In this document: one piece after another, positions 16,978-26,561 of the stretch
Numbering within the stretch: position 1 is the stretch's first letter
Layout of the letters: each line of letters starts with the position of its first letter
Assembly (NCBI GenBank): GCA_004524445.1
Contig: SDNP01000004.1
Coordinates: forward strand, 1 to 64,000
Length of the DNA: 64,000 bases
Reading direction: 5' to 3'
Origin: Candidatus Thorarchaeota archaeon
GTDB taxonomy: Archaea > Asgardarchaeota > Thorarchaeia > Thorarchaeales > Thorarchaeaceae
Notes under the pieces: generated by a model
What the model saw: the letters and a program-made list of their open reading frames with translations, nothing else
The model's database searches: none
What the model was told of the DNA's origin: nothing
Made by a program: the position numbers and the translations under genes

Positions 16978-18576
16978 TTATGCGGGGCGAGGCCGGATGT
17001 CTTCAATCTCCATGAATTTCATTCCGCCTGCCTTTTGAACCAATTCGTCGAAACCCAGTATCTTGACATTAGGCGTAACTTCTGTGCTTGTTTTTGTGAC
17101 TTTTTGCACTTCTCGAACAAGTGAAGAGTGATCTGCGCTAGTCGAACCATGGGGAGCAACATACAGGTTCAATGTATCCATACTGTACGGATCACTCATA
17201 TCCTCTTTGGCAACTTCAATCTGCACTTCCTCGACACCAGATAATGATAGAAGGTCTGAACGTAGTGCAGTCAGATTCACGGTTGCGCCCTTGATTTTCT
17301 TCTCGCTTAGACCCATGACTTCTATTTGGGCTTTGGCGTCGTTTGTTCTTCCAATATCCCAGAAGAATGGTCCGTCAATTTCGCACATTGGGCATTTCCC
17401 ACGTTCTTGGTGAGAAGCAACATCACCAAGCAAGAACCCTTCAAATACGGTCCCCGTTCCATCTAAGTGGAATAGACACATATGCCCGGATTCGTCTTCA
17501 CCCACGAAGTCGTAGGTCCCATCATCATTGAGTGAAACAAGTTCGAAGGCTAGCATCAATGGTGAAACATTATGATAGGGCCCATGACGCTCGCATTGTA
17601 CGGCAAATGATATCTTACTCTCGGATGAAGCATACCCGCCAACCACACGTACATCTTTTGCACCCTTTTCCTGTAGAGTCCCAACCATGTCATCTACAAC
17701 TGGTTCATAGATTTTCTCCCCAGCGAGTAATAGAACAACTTTCTCCGGTGCTTCAAATTTCTTATCAGCCATCTCCCTAAAGAAGCGATTTCGAAGATAG
17801 CTTGGCATCCCAGCGAAGCCGTTTACTTTGAATGCCCCAGCCATTTCAACTAACTTCTCACTTGGAATGGCACCGCCTGCACTAGTGGCCACATAGAATT
17901 TGGACATCTGCTTGAGCCCCAAATTCACTGCATGCCAACCTAGATGCGGTGCATATGGAAAGAGATTCATACTAACGAGTTCCCAGCCACTGTCTACCCA
18001 GGGATCAACCGCCATCTGCCCAACCTTTACACAGTTTTTGTAAAGCATATCATTGTCATGTCGAGTGAGAAATACTGGAGCGGGAAGGCCTGAGGCACGA
18101 CCAGAACTCAGCCAAAATTGTAGTGGGGCATATTGGTAAGTAATCTTCTCTTTGATACGTTTCATAGCTGACTCTGGACCAATCTTCAGCTTCGTTTTGA
18201 TGCCATTGTTTCTTAGTGTCTTGTATATGTCATCATATCCAGATTTTTTAGAATAGGTCATCAAGTTTTTAACAATCTGAGCGGGCTCTCGCTCCTTTCC
18301 GTCCACTTGAGAAGGATTTAGAACAAATTGCCTTAGATTGTCCTTATATTCTCTCTTCTTCACGAGTGGAATATTGTATTTTGCCCAATCTTCCACACAA
18401 GTTATGTTGAACGGGTCAATATCCTGTTCTTTGAAAAGACGCCTGTAATATGGATGATTTGGCCATACTTGGTATCGAATAAATGCCCGGAACTTCTTAT
18501 CCTGAAGTTCTTTTATTTCACGATGGTTTGTTCGTTTCAGTTCTTTGAAAGTGAATGTGGAGCGAGTCATGTTCAA
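16978..18576 (-). CDS. Phenylacetate-CoA ligase (PaaK)-like ANL adenylating enzyme
   Basis: HPYYRRLF, IPLVKK, SSGRASGLP P-loop, LAGEK, YASSE, LGD, IGR, KIKGATV motifs. Confidence 0.75.
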   Translation of the reverse strand: MNMTRSTFTFKELKRTNHREIKELQDKKFRAFIRYQVWPNHPYYRRLFKEQDIDPFNITCVEDWAKYNIPLVKKREYKDNLRQFVLNPSQVDGKEREPAQIVKNLMTYSKKSGYDDIYKTLRNNGIKTKLKIGPESAMKRIKEKITYQYAPLQFWLSSGRASGLPAPVFLTRHDNDMLYKNCVKVGQMAVDPWVDSGWELVSMNLFPYAPHLGWHAVNLGLKQMSKFYVATSAGGAIPSEKLVEMAGAFKVNGFAGMPSYLRNRFFREMADKKFEAPEKVVLLLAGEKIYEPVVDDMVGTLQEKGAKDVRVVGGYASSESKISFAVQCERHGPYHNVSPLMLAFELVSLNDDGTYDFVGEDESGHMCLFHLDGTGTVFEGFLLGDVASHQERGKCPMCEIDGPFFWDIGRTNDAKAQIEVMGLSEKKIKGATVNLTALRSDLLSLSGVEEVQIEVAKEDMSDPYSMDTLNLYVAPHGSTSADHSSLVREVQKVTKTSTEVTPNVKILGFDELVQKAGGMKFMEIEDIRPRPA

Positions 18577-18745
18577 CAGTCCCCTAACTATATTTCGACT
18601 AGTTTAGATTTCCCTCACTAGGCAGATAATAAACGTTGCGAGAGCTAGTTTTCAATATAAATAACACAAGGTTACTAAAGTAGTAGAAAATCATAATAGC
18701 AGGGTCACATTTAATGGACCTAATAAGAGAGTAATCTTTAGGAGA

Positions 18746-19186
18746 TTGATTGCATTGTCCGAAACTGACGAGAAACTGCAAAGAGGTATTATTGAACTAG
18801 ACAAAGGAAATGACAAGAAAGCATTCAATCTCTTCAAGGACGTATACGAAACCAGACAGGAGTTATTGCTGCAAAAGGTCCAAGACAACCCAAAATCACC
18901 CACCCTCATGCTTGATGCATTGTATATGATTCATGGCCTGGTGTGGTTAAGAGTAGCCGAGGCAGGAAAGGAAAAGACGCATAGCATTGAGCTGATGGGG
19001 AAGGCGGTGGGAACTGTGGAAGCCGCAAGGACTGCACTTGGCCCTCTAGTCACAGGTCTAGCTCAATGGGCCAAAGAGAAGAATATCAAAGTCGTACACA
19101 ACAAGGCGCTAGGGCTTTTGGCGGCGACAAAAGACCTTGAAGATATGGCAAAGAAGGCACTTGAAGCTCGTCGCAAAATGGAATAG
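18746..19186 (+). CDS. Hypothetical all-helical protein
   Basis: 146-aa ORF with GGAG RBS that fills the intergenic space. Confidence 0.65.
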   Translation: MIALSETDEKLQRGIIELDKGNDKKAFNLFKDVYETRQELLLQKVQDNPKSPTLMLDALYMIHGLVWLRVAEAGKEKTHSIELMGKAVGTVEAARTALGPLVTGLAQWAKEKNIKVVHNKALGLLAATKDLEDMAKKALEARRKME

Positions 19187-19187
19187 G

Positions 19188-19526
19188 CTAACGACCATTC
19201 ATATATTCCGTCCACTCATCCTCAGGAAATCGATGTTTCATAATCTCTAATTCTTCCAACACACTCTCTTCTAGGTTGATTTCATAGTGGTTGGCAAGCT
19301 GTATGAAAAGAGAGAACACCTGAGCAAATTCGCGTTTCAGTTCATCTCTGTTTGGTTCTTTGTGTCCAAGATTTGATGCTTTGTATCCTTCCTCGAAGGT
19401 AATATGACGAGATATCTCGCCCAACTCTTCTACTAGGTGAGCAAATACTAGTGAGGCAGGGAACTTATTCCACCCCCTTGACTCTTCGAAGTCTGCTTTT
19501 ATGGTCTGAATTTCAGCTAAATCCAT
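19188..19526 (-). CDS. MazG-like nucleotide pyrophosphohydrolase
   Basis: HLVEELGEI and KREFAQV acidic helices. Confidence 0.8.
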   Translation of the reverse strand: MDLAEIQTIKADFEESRGWNKFPASLVFAHLVEELGEISRHITFEEGYKASNLGHKEPNRDELKREFAQVFSLFIQLANHYEINLEESVLEELEIMKHRFPEDEWTEYMNGR

Positions 19527-20222
19527 TTACATCATCCTCTTGATGATTTCTTTGACTTGAGATCTGGCCTGATCAAGTGCAGGAGAGGGAACATCTTCGA
19601 GCGGTCCAAGTGATGCCTCGTCGCCCAACTGATTCATCCCTAAAAACATTGCTTCGCTTATGATACCCATCATTTCAACTGGAGGTAATACCGCACAGCA
19701 AAGTTTCATTCCTGGAGCGACCTGTTTCAGATTTGTAACAATAGTCCAAATCCTCGACCCATCGGTGCATCTGCATTTTTGCAGATTTTCGGACTCATCA
19801 ATCGGTTGTTTCTTAGAAATTTCTACAGCTAATATGTCAATAGCACGAGCGGGTTCTTCATCGTGTCGCTCTAATCGATCTTGAAACCCATTTATGATGC
19901 GGCCAGCATATTTGTATTCAGCCAAGGCCATTTCCTGGCTCTTTGTCTGAGGAGCATAACCTGAAGCGAGTGCATCCTCTACGAGGCCCTGAAACTGATG
20001 CATTATTTCCACAATCTTAATTGTAGGCGGAGCGTTGGCAAGGGCGTTGGAATCAATATACGAATACTTCACCTCATAAAGAAGGCCTCCAGCCTTCGTA
20101 AGCAAGACATTTAGTGCTGAGTAATCCAAATGAAGTTTCAATTTGCGGTTTGAAACGATTTCGTTCAATCGACGTAACGCGTCTTCAAGAACCAGAACCC
20201 TAGCGTCTTTTGCAGTATCCAA
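19527..20222 (-). CDS. Archaeal tRNA-binding protein with C-terminal EMAP/Trbp111-like OB fold
   Basis: N-term (M)DTAKDARVLV; IVTNL...LPPVEMMGIISEAMFL; TTG start after AGGTGG. Confidence 0.8.
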   Translation of the reverse strand: MDTAKDARVLVLEDALRRLNEIVSNRKLKLHLDYSALNVLLTKAGGLLYEVKYSYIDSNALANAPPTIKIVEIMHQFQGLVEDALASGYAPQTKSQEMALAEYKYAGRIINGFQDRLERHDEEPARAIDILAVEISKKQPIDESENLQKCRCTDGSRIWTIVTNLKQVAPGMKLCCAVLPPVEMMGIISEAMFLGMNQLGDEASLGPLEDVPSPALDQARSQVKEIIKRMM

Positions 20223-20353
20223 ACAGCCCACCTTTCTTGAATATGATTTGTTCAAACACATAAAGCACTTGTATTTAACCATACCAATAAGCCACGAGAA
20301 GTGATATATAGCTAAGAAAGCTAAGATAGCAAGTTTACAAGGAGTAGCCCAAT

Positions 20354-20977
20354 TTGATTCAAGCCATCTATATACTGGTCGCGGATAGTGGACTTTGTGT
20401 CCTTGACAAAAAGTACGGTCAAGCCGAGATGGATCCGAATCTGATCAGCGGGTTCCTAACCGCTTTGATTTCTTTTGGGCAAGAGCTAAGCTCAGGGAAC
20501 AGAGTTCATGTCATAGACTTTGGTGCATTTGACATCTGTTTGTCACTAAGAAGCAATGTGATAGTTGCAGCAACAGTAGATAAGACAGATGATCAGAATG
20601 CCGCAATGTCAGTATTGGCTGATGTCAATAATGCATTTGTGAAGAAGTACAAGGAGTTTCTCAATGAATGGGACGGGAATTTGGAGCCCTTTGAGCAATT
20701 CACTCCAATAATCGATGAAATTACAAAGAACGGGAAAGCCTCAGAAATGAGGATTATTGTCCCCGTTTTGAAAGGAAAAGTTTCTCCAATGTTGGTTAGA
20801 CTTGGGCAAATGACCCAGGAAGTATTTGACGTTGCCAAGATGTGCAAGGGAAAATTAACGTCGAGGGACATTGCTGATCAGCTAGGTATGCCCATGAAGG
20901 ATGTGCAAAAGGCGCTTCACACGCTAGAGGATATGGACATGCTCGAGTGGCAGGAAATCGGCGAATTTGCTGAATAG
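20354..20977 (+). CDS. Longin-like domain + winged-helix protein
   Basis: MIQAIYILVADSGLCV...DPNLISGFLTAL longin-type start; C-terminal TSRDIADQLGMPMKDVQKALHTLE HTH. Confidence 0.7.
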   Translation: MIQAIYILVADSGLCVLDKKYGQAEMDPNLISGFLTALISFGQELSSGNRVHVIDFGAFDICLSLRSNVIVAATVDKTDDQNAAMSVLADVNNAFVKKYKEFLNEWDGNLEPFEQFTPIIDEITKNGKASEMRIIVPVLKGKVSPMLVRLGQMTQEVFDVAKMCKGKLTSRDIADQLGMPMKDVQKALHTLEDMDMLEWQEIGEFAE

Positions 20978-21034
20978 GTTCTATGACAGAATAAGCAGTC
21001 TTCTACCTGATTATCGCAATCATACTGTTAGATA

Positions 21035-21754
21035 TTATTGCACTTGACCCCACTCATTCCCCGTTGCAATCAGAATAAGTCCGATGACAATCAAACCGGG
21101 TGCCAAAACCCCAGGTATTGTATAAGTGGCGAAAATAACATCCGTCAACCAATGCCTTGCTGCGTGAATAACTCTTCCAGCGAATAGAATCATAAAGCCT
21201 AGTCCAAGCAGAAAGTTTGACTTGCGGAGCATGCCACCTGATTGATACGCCAAATACCAGAATAGGAGAGGGATGAACAATGCATATATTACACCAGCGC
21301 CTCCAGAAAGAATCCACCTCGTTGCTGAATCAAGAGGGGCAAGCCCAAGTAACAGTCCGATTATTATAGCTGGCACAGCAAAAGCTATCTCAGCCCATCT
21401 CTTACCGATTATCATGAATCCTGCTGTTGCGGATAATGTTGCCAATGCCATCCACTGAAAGAACGCACCTGCTGCCAACCATCCAGAGGCATCTGCAAAA
21501 AATGGCTCAAGGCCAAGAGAGGGTAGACTTCCATACAGTGATGTTGGATCCGCATAAAAATCCCCAACAAAATAGAACGCTCTTCCAACGGCCAATAACA
21601 AGAAGAAGATAGCCATTGCAAGCTGAAAGGGATTACGGCTCTTTCTCCATCTGAAGAACAGGAGAAAGATGAAGACAAAGAAGTAATACCCAACAACAAG
21701 GAACCATAGTCCTACGTGAACCTCTCTAATTATCATATCGACGGTCTGAAGCAT
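21035..21754 (-). CDS. Multi-pass (about 7 TM) membrane protein
   Basis: About seven hydrophobic segments. Confidence 0.7.
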   Translation of the reverse strand: MLQTVDMIIREVHVGLWFLVVGYYFFVFIFLLFFRWRKSRNPFQLAMAIFFLLLAVGRAFYFVGDFYADPTSLYGSLPSLGLEPFFADASGWLAAGAFFQWMALATLSATAGFMIIGKRWAEIAFAVPAIIIGLLLGLAPLDSATRWILSGGAGVIYALFIPLLFWYLAYQSGGMLRKSNFLLGLGFMILFAGRVIHAARHWLTDVIFATYTIPGVLAPGLIVIGLILIATGNEWGQVQ

Positions 21755-21892
21755 GAATTTTGGCTCCGCTGATTATTGCTAATTGTAGGATATGCATCAT
21801 AACAAATAAAGATATTCTGAGCAGTCCCCATAGTATATACACCGAAATAACTACTATATTTAAATTGCACATACTCCATATTCGGTGCCCCA

Positions 21893-22303
21893 ATGAGTAA
21901 GCAGCCAGTATGGAAACTCAAACTACCTGATGGAGGAGTTGAGGACTTCATCGACATTCGAAGAAAAGTTGGCAACAGGATTCTTAGAGCATATCTGCTC
22001 AAGCCGACCAAGGAAGAAGGCAGAATCACAATTCTGGATTACTCTTTAAGGGGTCCAAAAGATGAATTCAGAAACTTTTCGAAGTTCTTTATTCTGCGGG
22101 CAAATCGAGATTCCAAAATCTTTCGATTTCTTGTGGAGGCAGCAGTATATGAGAATATACGTATTGTCGGCACAGATAGGGATTTTATAGCTGAGAAGAG
22201 TCCTGAAGAGCTGATTGAGATTTTCACTGATGCGATGCAGAATCCGAGCATGTGGAACTCACAACTGACAATAGGTCCAGATTCGAAAATCACAGAGAGC
22301 TAA
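21893..22303 (+). CDS. Hypothetical protein
   Basis: 136-aa ORF with GGTG RBS. Confidence 0.65.
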   Translation: MSKQPVWKLKLPDGGVEDFIDIRRKVGNRILRAYLLKPTKEEGRITILDYSLRGPKDEFRNFSKFFILRANRDSKIFRFLVEAAVYENIRIVGTDRDFIAEKSPEELIEIFTDAMQNPSMWNSQLTIGPDSKITES

Positions 22304-22329
22304 CATAGCTAAAGAGGAAGAAACCTGAG

Positions 22330-22521
22330 ATGCTAGAGAGATATGCAGATTGTCCTGTCTGTAAGAAGAAAACCGTTTTGAAAGTGCCCGAGGGAATACT
22401 GGACAATGCTGAGAGGTACCCCTTTACAATAAAAGTCATTCACGAAGACCACTATTTCTATATCAATTTGGATTCAAAAGCATCAATAACCGACATTCTA
22501 AGTCCTGAAATGGTTGAATAA
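22330..22521 (+). CDS. Small putative zinc-binding protein
   Basis: CPVC...HEDH ligand pattern. Confidence 0.65.
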   Translation: MLERYADCPVCKKKTVLKVPEGILDNAERYPFTIKVIHEDHYFYINLDSKASITDILSPEMVE

Positions 22522-23313
22522 TCATCCAATATACCTATCTGGCGGTGTTTCGTCTTCTTCCTTTTCATTTGCTTTCTGCTGGATTTCCTTTCCCGCCCAT
22601 TCAATGATTTCTATCACTTTTAAGGCCGGCTCATCTAACATGTCGAAATTAGCCCTAAGACCAATAATCTCAACAAATTTCTGCAGTAATTTTTGAGCTG
22701 CACGATAATCTGTCCGAATAATCCCCATGGTTTCGCCAAGTAGGCAAACACCATCCATATTGTAAATCGTAGATGCGTAGGTGGGGACAACCCCATTCGC
22801 ACCCGTAATCACACCCTTCTCTATTGCCACCAAACCAGTCAGTTCACAGATGCGGTCCCTATTGCTTTCCGAGCTTGCAGATACAAAAATCCGAGGCGGC
22901 GCAGGGTAATGGCTGAAAAAAGTGCTGTATTCCTGTTCGTAAGCAGCTAGAGCATACACAGATTTTACACCAAGCCGATTGAACTCTTTCGTAATATAGT
23001 CAGCGTATTCATAGACACCCTCGTCTGAGCTTGGTTGAGCATCCGCGGTAAGTATGATCAAGTCGGAAGTTTCATCGGGAGCAGCCTTGTAGAAGTACAT
23101 CTCCGAGCGAGGTAAATGCGAAATGCCATTTTTTACCAAAATCCTTGATGGTGACTCTTTTGAAAAGAATTCCATGGCCTGCTGTGCACCTAGGACCTTT
23201 GCAAGTGTTTCAACTGCGATTTTGCCTACGCTTCCAATCCCCGGAAATCCTACTACTGCTATCGGATTTCTCAGTGAGTCGGCGTCCAAGTCAATAAAGC
23301 TCCGCGCATACAT
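22522..23313 (-). CDS. PAC2 family proteasome assembly chaperone
   Basis: VVGFPGIGSVGKIA, LTADAQP, ITGANG, CLLGET, DYRAA motifs. Confidence 0.85.
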   Translation of the reverse strand: MYARSFIDLDADSLRNPIAVVGFPGIGSVGKIAVETLAKVLGAQQAMEFFSKESPSRILVKNGISHLPRSEMYFYKAAPDETSDLIILTADAQPSSDEGVYEYADYITKEFNRLGVKSVYALAAYEQEYSTFFSHYPAPPRIFVSASSESNRDRICELTGLVAIEKGVITGANGVVPTYASTIYNMDGVCLLGETMGIIRTDYRAAQKLLQKFVEIIGLRANFDMLDEPALKVIEIIEWAGKEIQQKANEKEEDETPPDRYIG

Positions 23314-23368
23314 TGGATGTCTATTCCAATCCTAGAAGTGTGTCAGCACATTTGGCACTATCGGTCTG

Positions 23369-24121
23369 TTATATATCGTAGAAACGTAGTGCATTGTTGG
23401 TTGTCGTTTCTGCAATCAAATCAGCATTCTTGTTTCGTATCTGTGCCAATGCATTGCAGCCGTATATCACATTCTTAGGCTCATTTCTGCCTTCAACAGG
23501 CGATAAATATGGCCCGTCTGTTTCAAGCATTATTTGGTCCAAGGATATGATTTTTGCTGCTTCTCTTCGATTGTTGTGCTTATCAAAATTCGCGGGAAGT
23601 GTGATAAACCAGCCATTATCATTGACTCTTTGCGCAACAGAAGATTTTCCATCGAAACAATGCATGAGAACATCACCCTCGAAGTATTTCTCAAGCAGGA
23701 TAGTCGCTTCCAATTCCGCATTTCGTGAATGTACAACTATTGGCAAATGTAGATCCATAGCCAAATCCATGAATTTTATGAAACGTGGCTCCTGAGCCTT
23801 CCTTCCGGCTTCGTCCTTTACCCAATAGTAATCTAATCCAACCTCCCCAATCGCTACTATATCATTCGAATACTTCCTGCTCATGTTGATGATTTCTATC
23901 GTTTCGTCATCGGTCAATTTTGAGACCTGACAACCTGGTGAATGAAATATAAAGCCCTCATACTTGTTCACCAGTCCCAATGTTCTACGAAATGATCCAG
24001 ATCCAATGGAACTATTTACGATGCCTACCAACCCTGCCTTTCTCGCCCTTTTTATGACTGCATCACGGTCATTTTGAAAATGTTTCATATCCAAATGCGT
24101 ATGGGCATCAAAAAGATTCAT
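23369..24121 (-). CDS. tatD: TatD family nuclease
   Basis: DAHTH, IGEVGLDYY, VHSR, HCF, LETDGPYL motifs. Confidence 0.9.
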   Translation of the reverse strand: MNLFDAHTHLDMKHFQNDRDAVIKRARKAGLVGIVNSSIGSGSFRRTLGLVNKYEGFIFHSPGCQVSKLTDDETIEIINMSRKYSNDIVAIGEVGLDYYWVKDEAGRKAQEPRFIKFMDLAMDLHLPIVVHSRNAELEATILLEKYFEGDVLMHCFDGKSSVAQRVNDNGWFITLPANFDKHNNRREAAKIISLDQIMLETDGPYLSPVEGRNEPKNVIYGCNALAQIRNKNADLIAETTTNNALRFYDI

Positions 24122-24191
24122 TTCTTGAGCACTCCAATGACGTTGGTATTTGTCAACAAAAGCACTATAATTGTATCCGTATGTGACTGAA

Positions 24192-25097
24192 ATGAAAATG
24201 TCAGATAATTCCGATGCAAACCGAAATCGTGCAATGCAAGTCGCAGCACTGAATCAAAAGATAGAGTCATTGCAGGCTCAGTTAGGTGGGGCTCAACGCA
24301 GGGCCAACGAAGCTGGCAATCGGGTTGCTGAACTTGAAAGACTGATTGGGGACAAGGACTCTGAAATACAGATGCTGCAGAATGAGTTGTCTCGTACAAA
24401 GGAGACCCTCGAGTCGATAGGGAAGGAAATGAGGGCAATGAAAGTGGAAAAGAACCAGACAGTGCCTCAAAATGAGTCCCGCTCTACAAGCCACATATCA
24501 CAGGATGAATTTGACTTCTACAAGGCGAAGACTTCAGCTCTGAGAAAGGATTTAAGAAAGCTCTCTCAAGCCGCAACAGGGGTCATCCAAAACCAAGAAA
24601 ATGCAATGAAACAATTAGAAGAGATTCTTGAGGAGGTGGGTGATCCAAAATACAGAGTCCTCAACTATGTATTGAAAACACGATCTGTCAAGAAAACAGA
24701 CCTATCTTCTATGTTTCTTCTAGAGTCCGCAGAAGTAAACGAGATATTGGATGAACTTGGGACGGAAGGCGAAATTGAGATGGAAGACAGTAATACAGTC
24801 ATTCCAGGTGAGAAATATAGAAAGGCAAACATTCCTCTTGAGGAATGGAGGGCTTCGCAACCAGAATATATTTTCAATTCACTAGAAGAGGTCGTAATGA
24901 AATTGCATGGCCCTGAAGCCATAAGCGATGCATTGGGGAAGGCGGTAGACATTCTTGAACAGAAACTAGCAAGAGGAGGAGCAATTATTTTCCAAATGAG
25001 AAGGGCAGCAAATGATTGGGAAAAAGGGGGGAAAAACGCCGAGGACCTTCAATACCAAATTCGGGAATGGAAGTCCCGGGCATTGAGTCTCTCATAA
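24192..25097 (+). CDS. Coiled-coil + winged-helix hypothetical protein
   Basis: Long heptad N-terminus, then PKYRVLNYVLKTRSV...EVNEILDELGTEGEIE. Confidence 0.65.
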   Translation: MKMSDNSDANRNRAMQVAALNQKIESLQAQLGGAQRRANEAGNRVAELERLIGDKDSEIQMLQNELSRTKETLESIGKEMRAMKVEKNQTVPQNESRSTSHISQDEFDFYKAKTSALRKDLRKLSQAATGVIQNQENAMKQLEEILEEVGDPKYRVLNYVLKTRSVKKTDLSSMFLLESAEVNEILDELGTEGEIEMEDSNTVIPGEKYRKANIPLEEWRASQPEYIFNSLEEVVMKLHGPEAISDALGKAVDILEQKLARGGAIIFQMRRAANDWEKGGKNAEDLQYQIREWKSRALSLS

Positions 25098-25106
25098 TTG
25101 ACTTTG

Positions 25107-25499
25107 TCAATCTGAGTCCTTCTTGATAGCCTCACGAACATATGCGCCAAAATCAGAAGTTTCTCCATTTCGCTGGACTCGTATTTTTGGTTCTTCGCCC
25201 TTGATTTGTCGCTCAATATATCGAACTTCGAGCTGAGTGAATCTCTGCCTGATTCCCCTATAGATAATGAGATAGATTATGACATCTTCAATCTGTTTCG
25301 CTACGGATGCATTTGATTCTCTAAGTGAATCTATGTATGCGCTAGCGTCATCAGCAAGGAATTTCTGCAGAATCTTCTTCCGTTCTTTTCCAGCTTTTTC
25401 TTCTCGTTCTTTTTGCTGCTGTTGCTTCTTTTCCTCTTGCATGAGTTTCGCCATCTTTTTTCGGCGAATCATTTCCAGCTCGCGTTCGTCTTCGTCCAA
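25107..25499 (-). CDS. PDCD5/TFAR19-like dsDNA-binding protein
   Basis: DERELEMIRRKKMAKL N-terminus; C-terminal KIRVQR. Confidence 0.75.
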   Translation of the reverse strand: MDEDERELEMIRRKKMAKLMQEEKKQQQQKEREEKAGKERKKILQKFLADDASAYIDSLRESNASVAKQIEDVIIYLIIYRGIRQRFTQLEVRYIERQIKGEEPKIRVQRNGETSDFGAYVREAIKKDSD

Positions 25500-25628
25500 T
25501 CCTAAATCCCGGGCTACCCTTCGAATTTAGTGCACCCTTAAGCATGTCGATACAACAAGAATTGGTTTTTTAAGAAAGATACTGATTATGAATTGCATCT
25601 TCGCCATGTATTAACGAGGTGACCCAAA

Positions 25629-26561
25629 ATTCCGGGAAATGGTACAAGCGACCGCTGTGATAATCTCGACCGAACAGCCAAGGGATATGGCTGCAAGATT
25701 CGTGGTCAGATGCTTTCAATTAAAGAAGTGGCTCAGAAGTGTCGAGATGAGGATTTCTCCGTGATATGTGTTGATGCATACAAAGCCCTCAAACATGGAA
25801 ATGAAGGGATTGAAAACGAGAGCACAGATGCATTTCCTTGGCTATCTGAGGCGGCCGAATATTTTCTGACATTGGCGGAGTACGATAATGCGATTAATTC
25901 CCTAACCAAGGCAATCGATCTGGCAATTTCATTCAACTTGATTGGGAAGGCGTATTCATTCTTCACCAAGGCAAGGAACATTTATGAAACAGGAATCAAT
26001 GAGGGCGCGAATTCGGTCTCGGATGCTGAAAAGACGCGACTCAAAGCATCAGGACTCAATATTATAGAGGCCGCCAAGACCAGTGAGGAAGTAAATGCAT
26101 TAGCGGACATGCAGGCGGAATTAAAGGCCAGCATACTAGGCGGGGTTTCGCTCAAGAAAGCAGAAAAGGATGAGAACAAGGGAATAGTGATTAGTCACGG
26201 AGATGCGCTCTATAAGAAAAAATCAAAAGAGTACAAAGAGAGCACGCAAAAATTCATTGACTCAGGTATACCGAAGAGCGCAGTGGTGTTTGCCTGTATG
26301 GGCGCACTTGCAGACCTCATGTTGAACAAACCAAAGGAAGGCCTCGCCTACCTTACAGAAATCGCAGAGAAGAACCGACAGGCGTTCCAATACCACCCCT
26401 GTTTTGAATGGACGAAACTCATCTTCCGAATAGCAATTCAAAATGATAAGGAGTCCATTGTTAGAGCTAGGAAGGAGTTTCTACAGATACCATTTAGTTA
26501 CAGAGATGATAGAGAATTTGCTCGAAGGGTCATGGAATCAGTCGCAGCTAGAATCAACTAA
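25629..26561 (+). CDS. Hypothetical protein: N-terminal 4-Cys domain + TPR/SNAP-like alpha-solenoid
   Basis: Frame is open from 25623. GAGGTGA RBS then ATT at 25629 (first ATG at 25710). Helical repeat AAEYFLTLAEYDNAINSLTKA. Confidence 0.65.
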   Translation: MPGNGTSDRCDNLDRTAKGYGCKIRGQMLSIKEVAQKCRDEDFSVICVDAYKALKHGNEGIENESTDAFPWLSEAAEYFLTLAEYDNAINSLTKAIDLAISFNLIGKAYSFFTKARNIYETGINEGANSVSDAEKTRLKASGLNIIEAAKTSEEVNALADMQAELKASILGGVSLKKAEKDENKGIVISHGDALYKKKSKEYKESTQKFIDSGIPKSAVVFACMGALADLMLNKPKEGLAYLTEIAEKNRQAFQYHPCFEWTKLIFRIAIQNDKESIVRARKEFLQIPFSYRDDREFARRVMESVAARIN

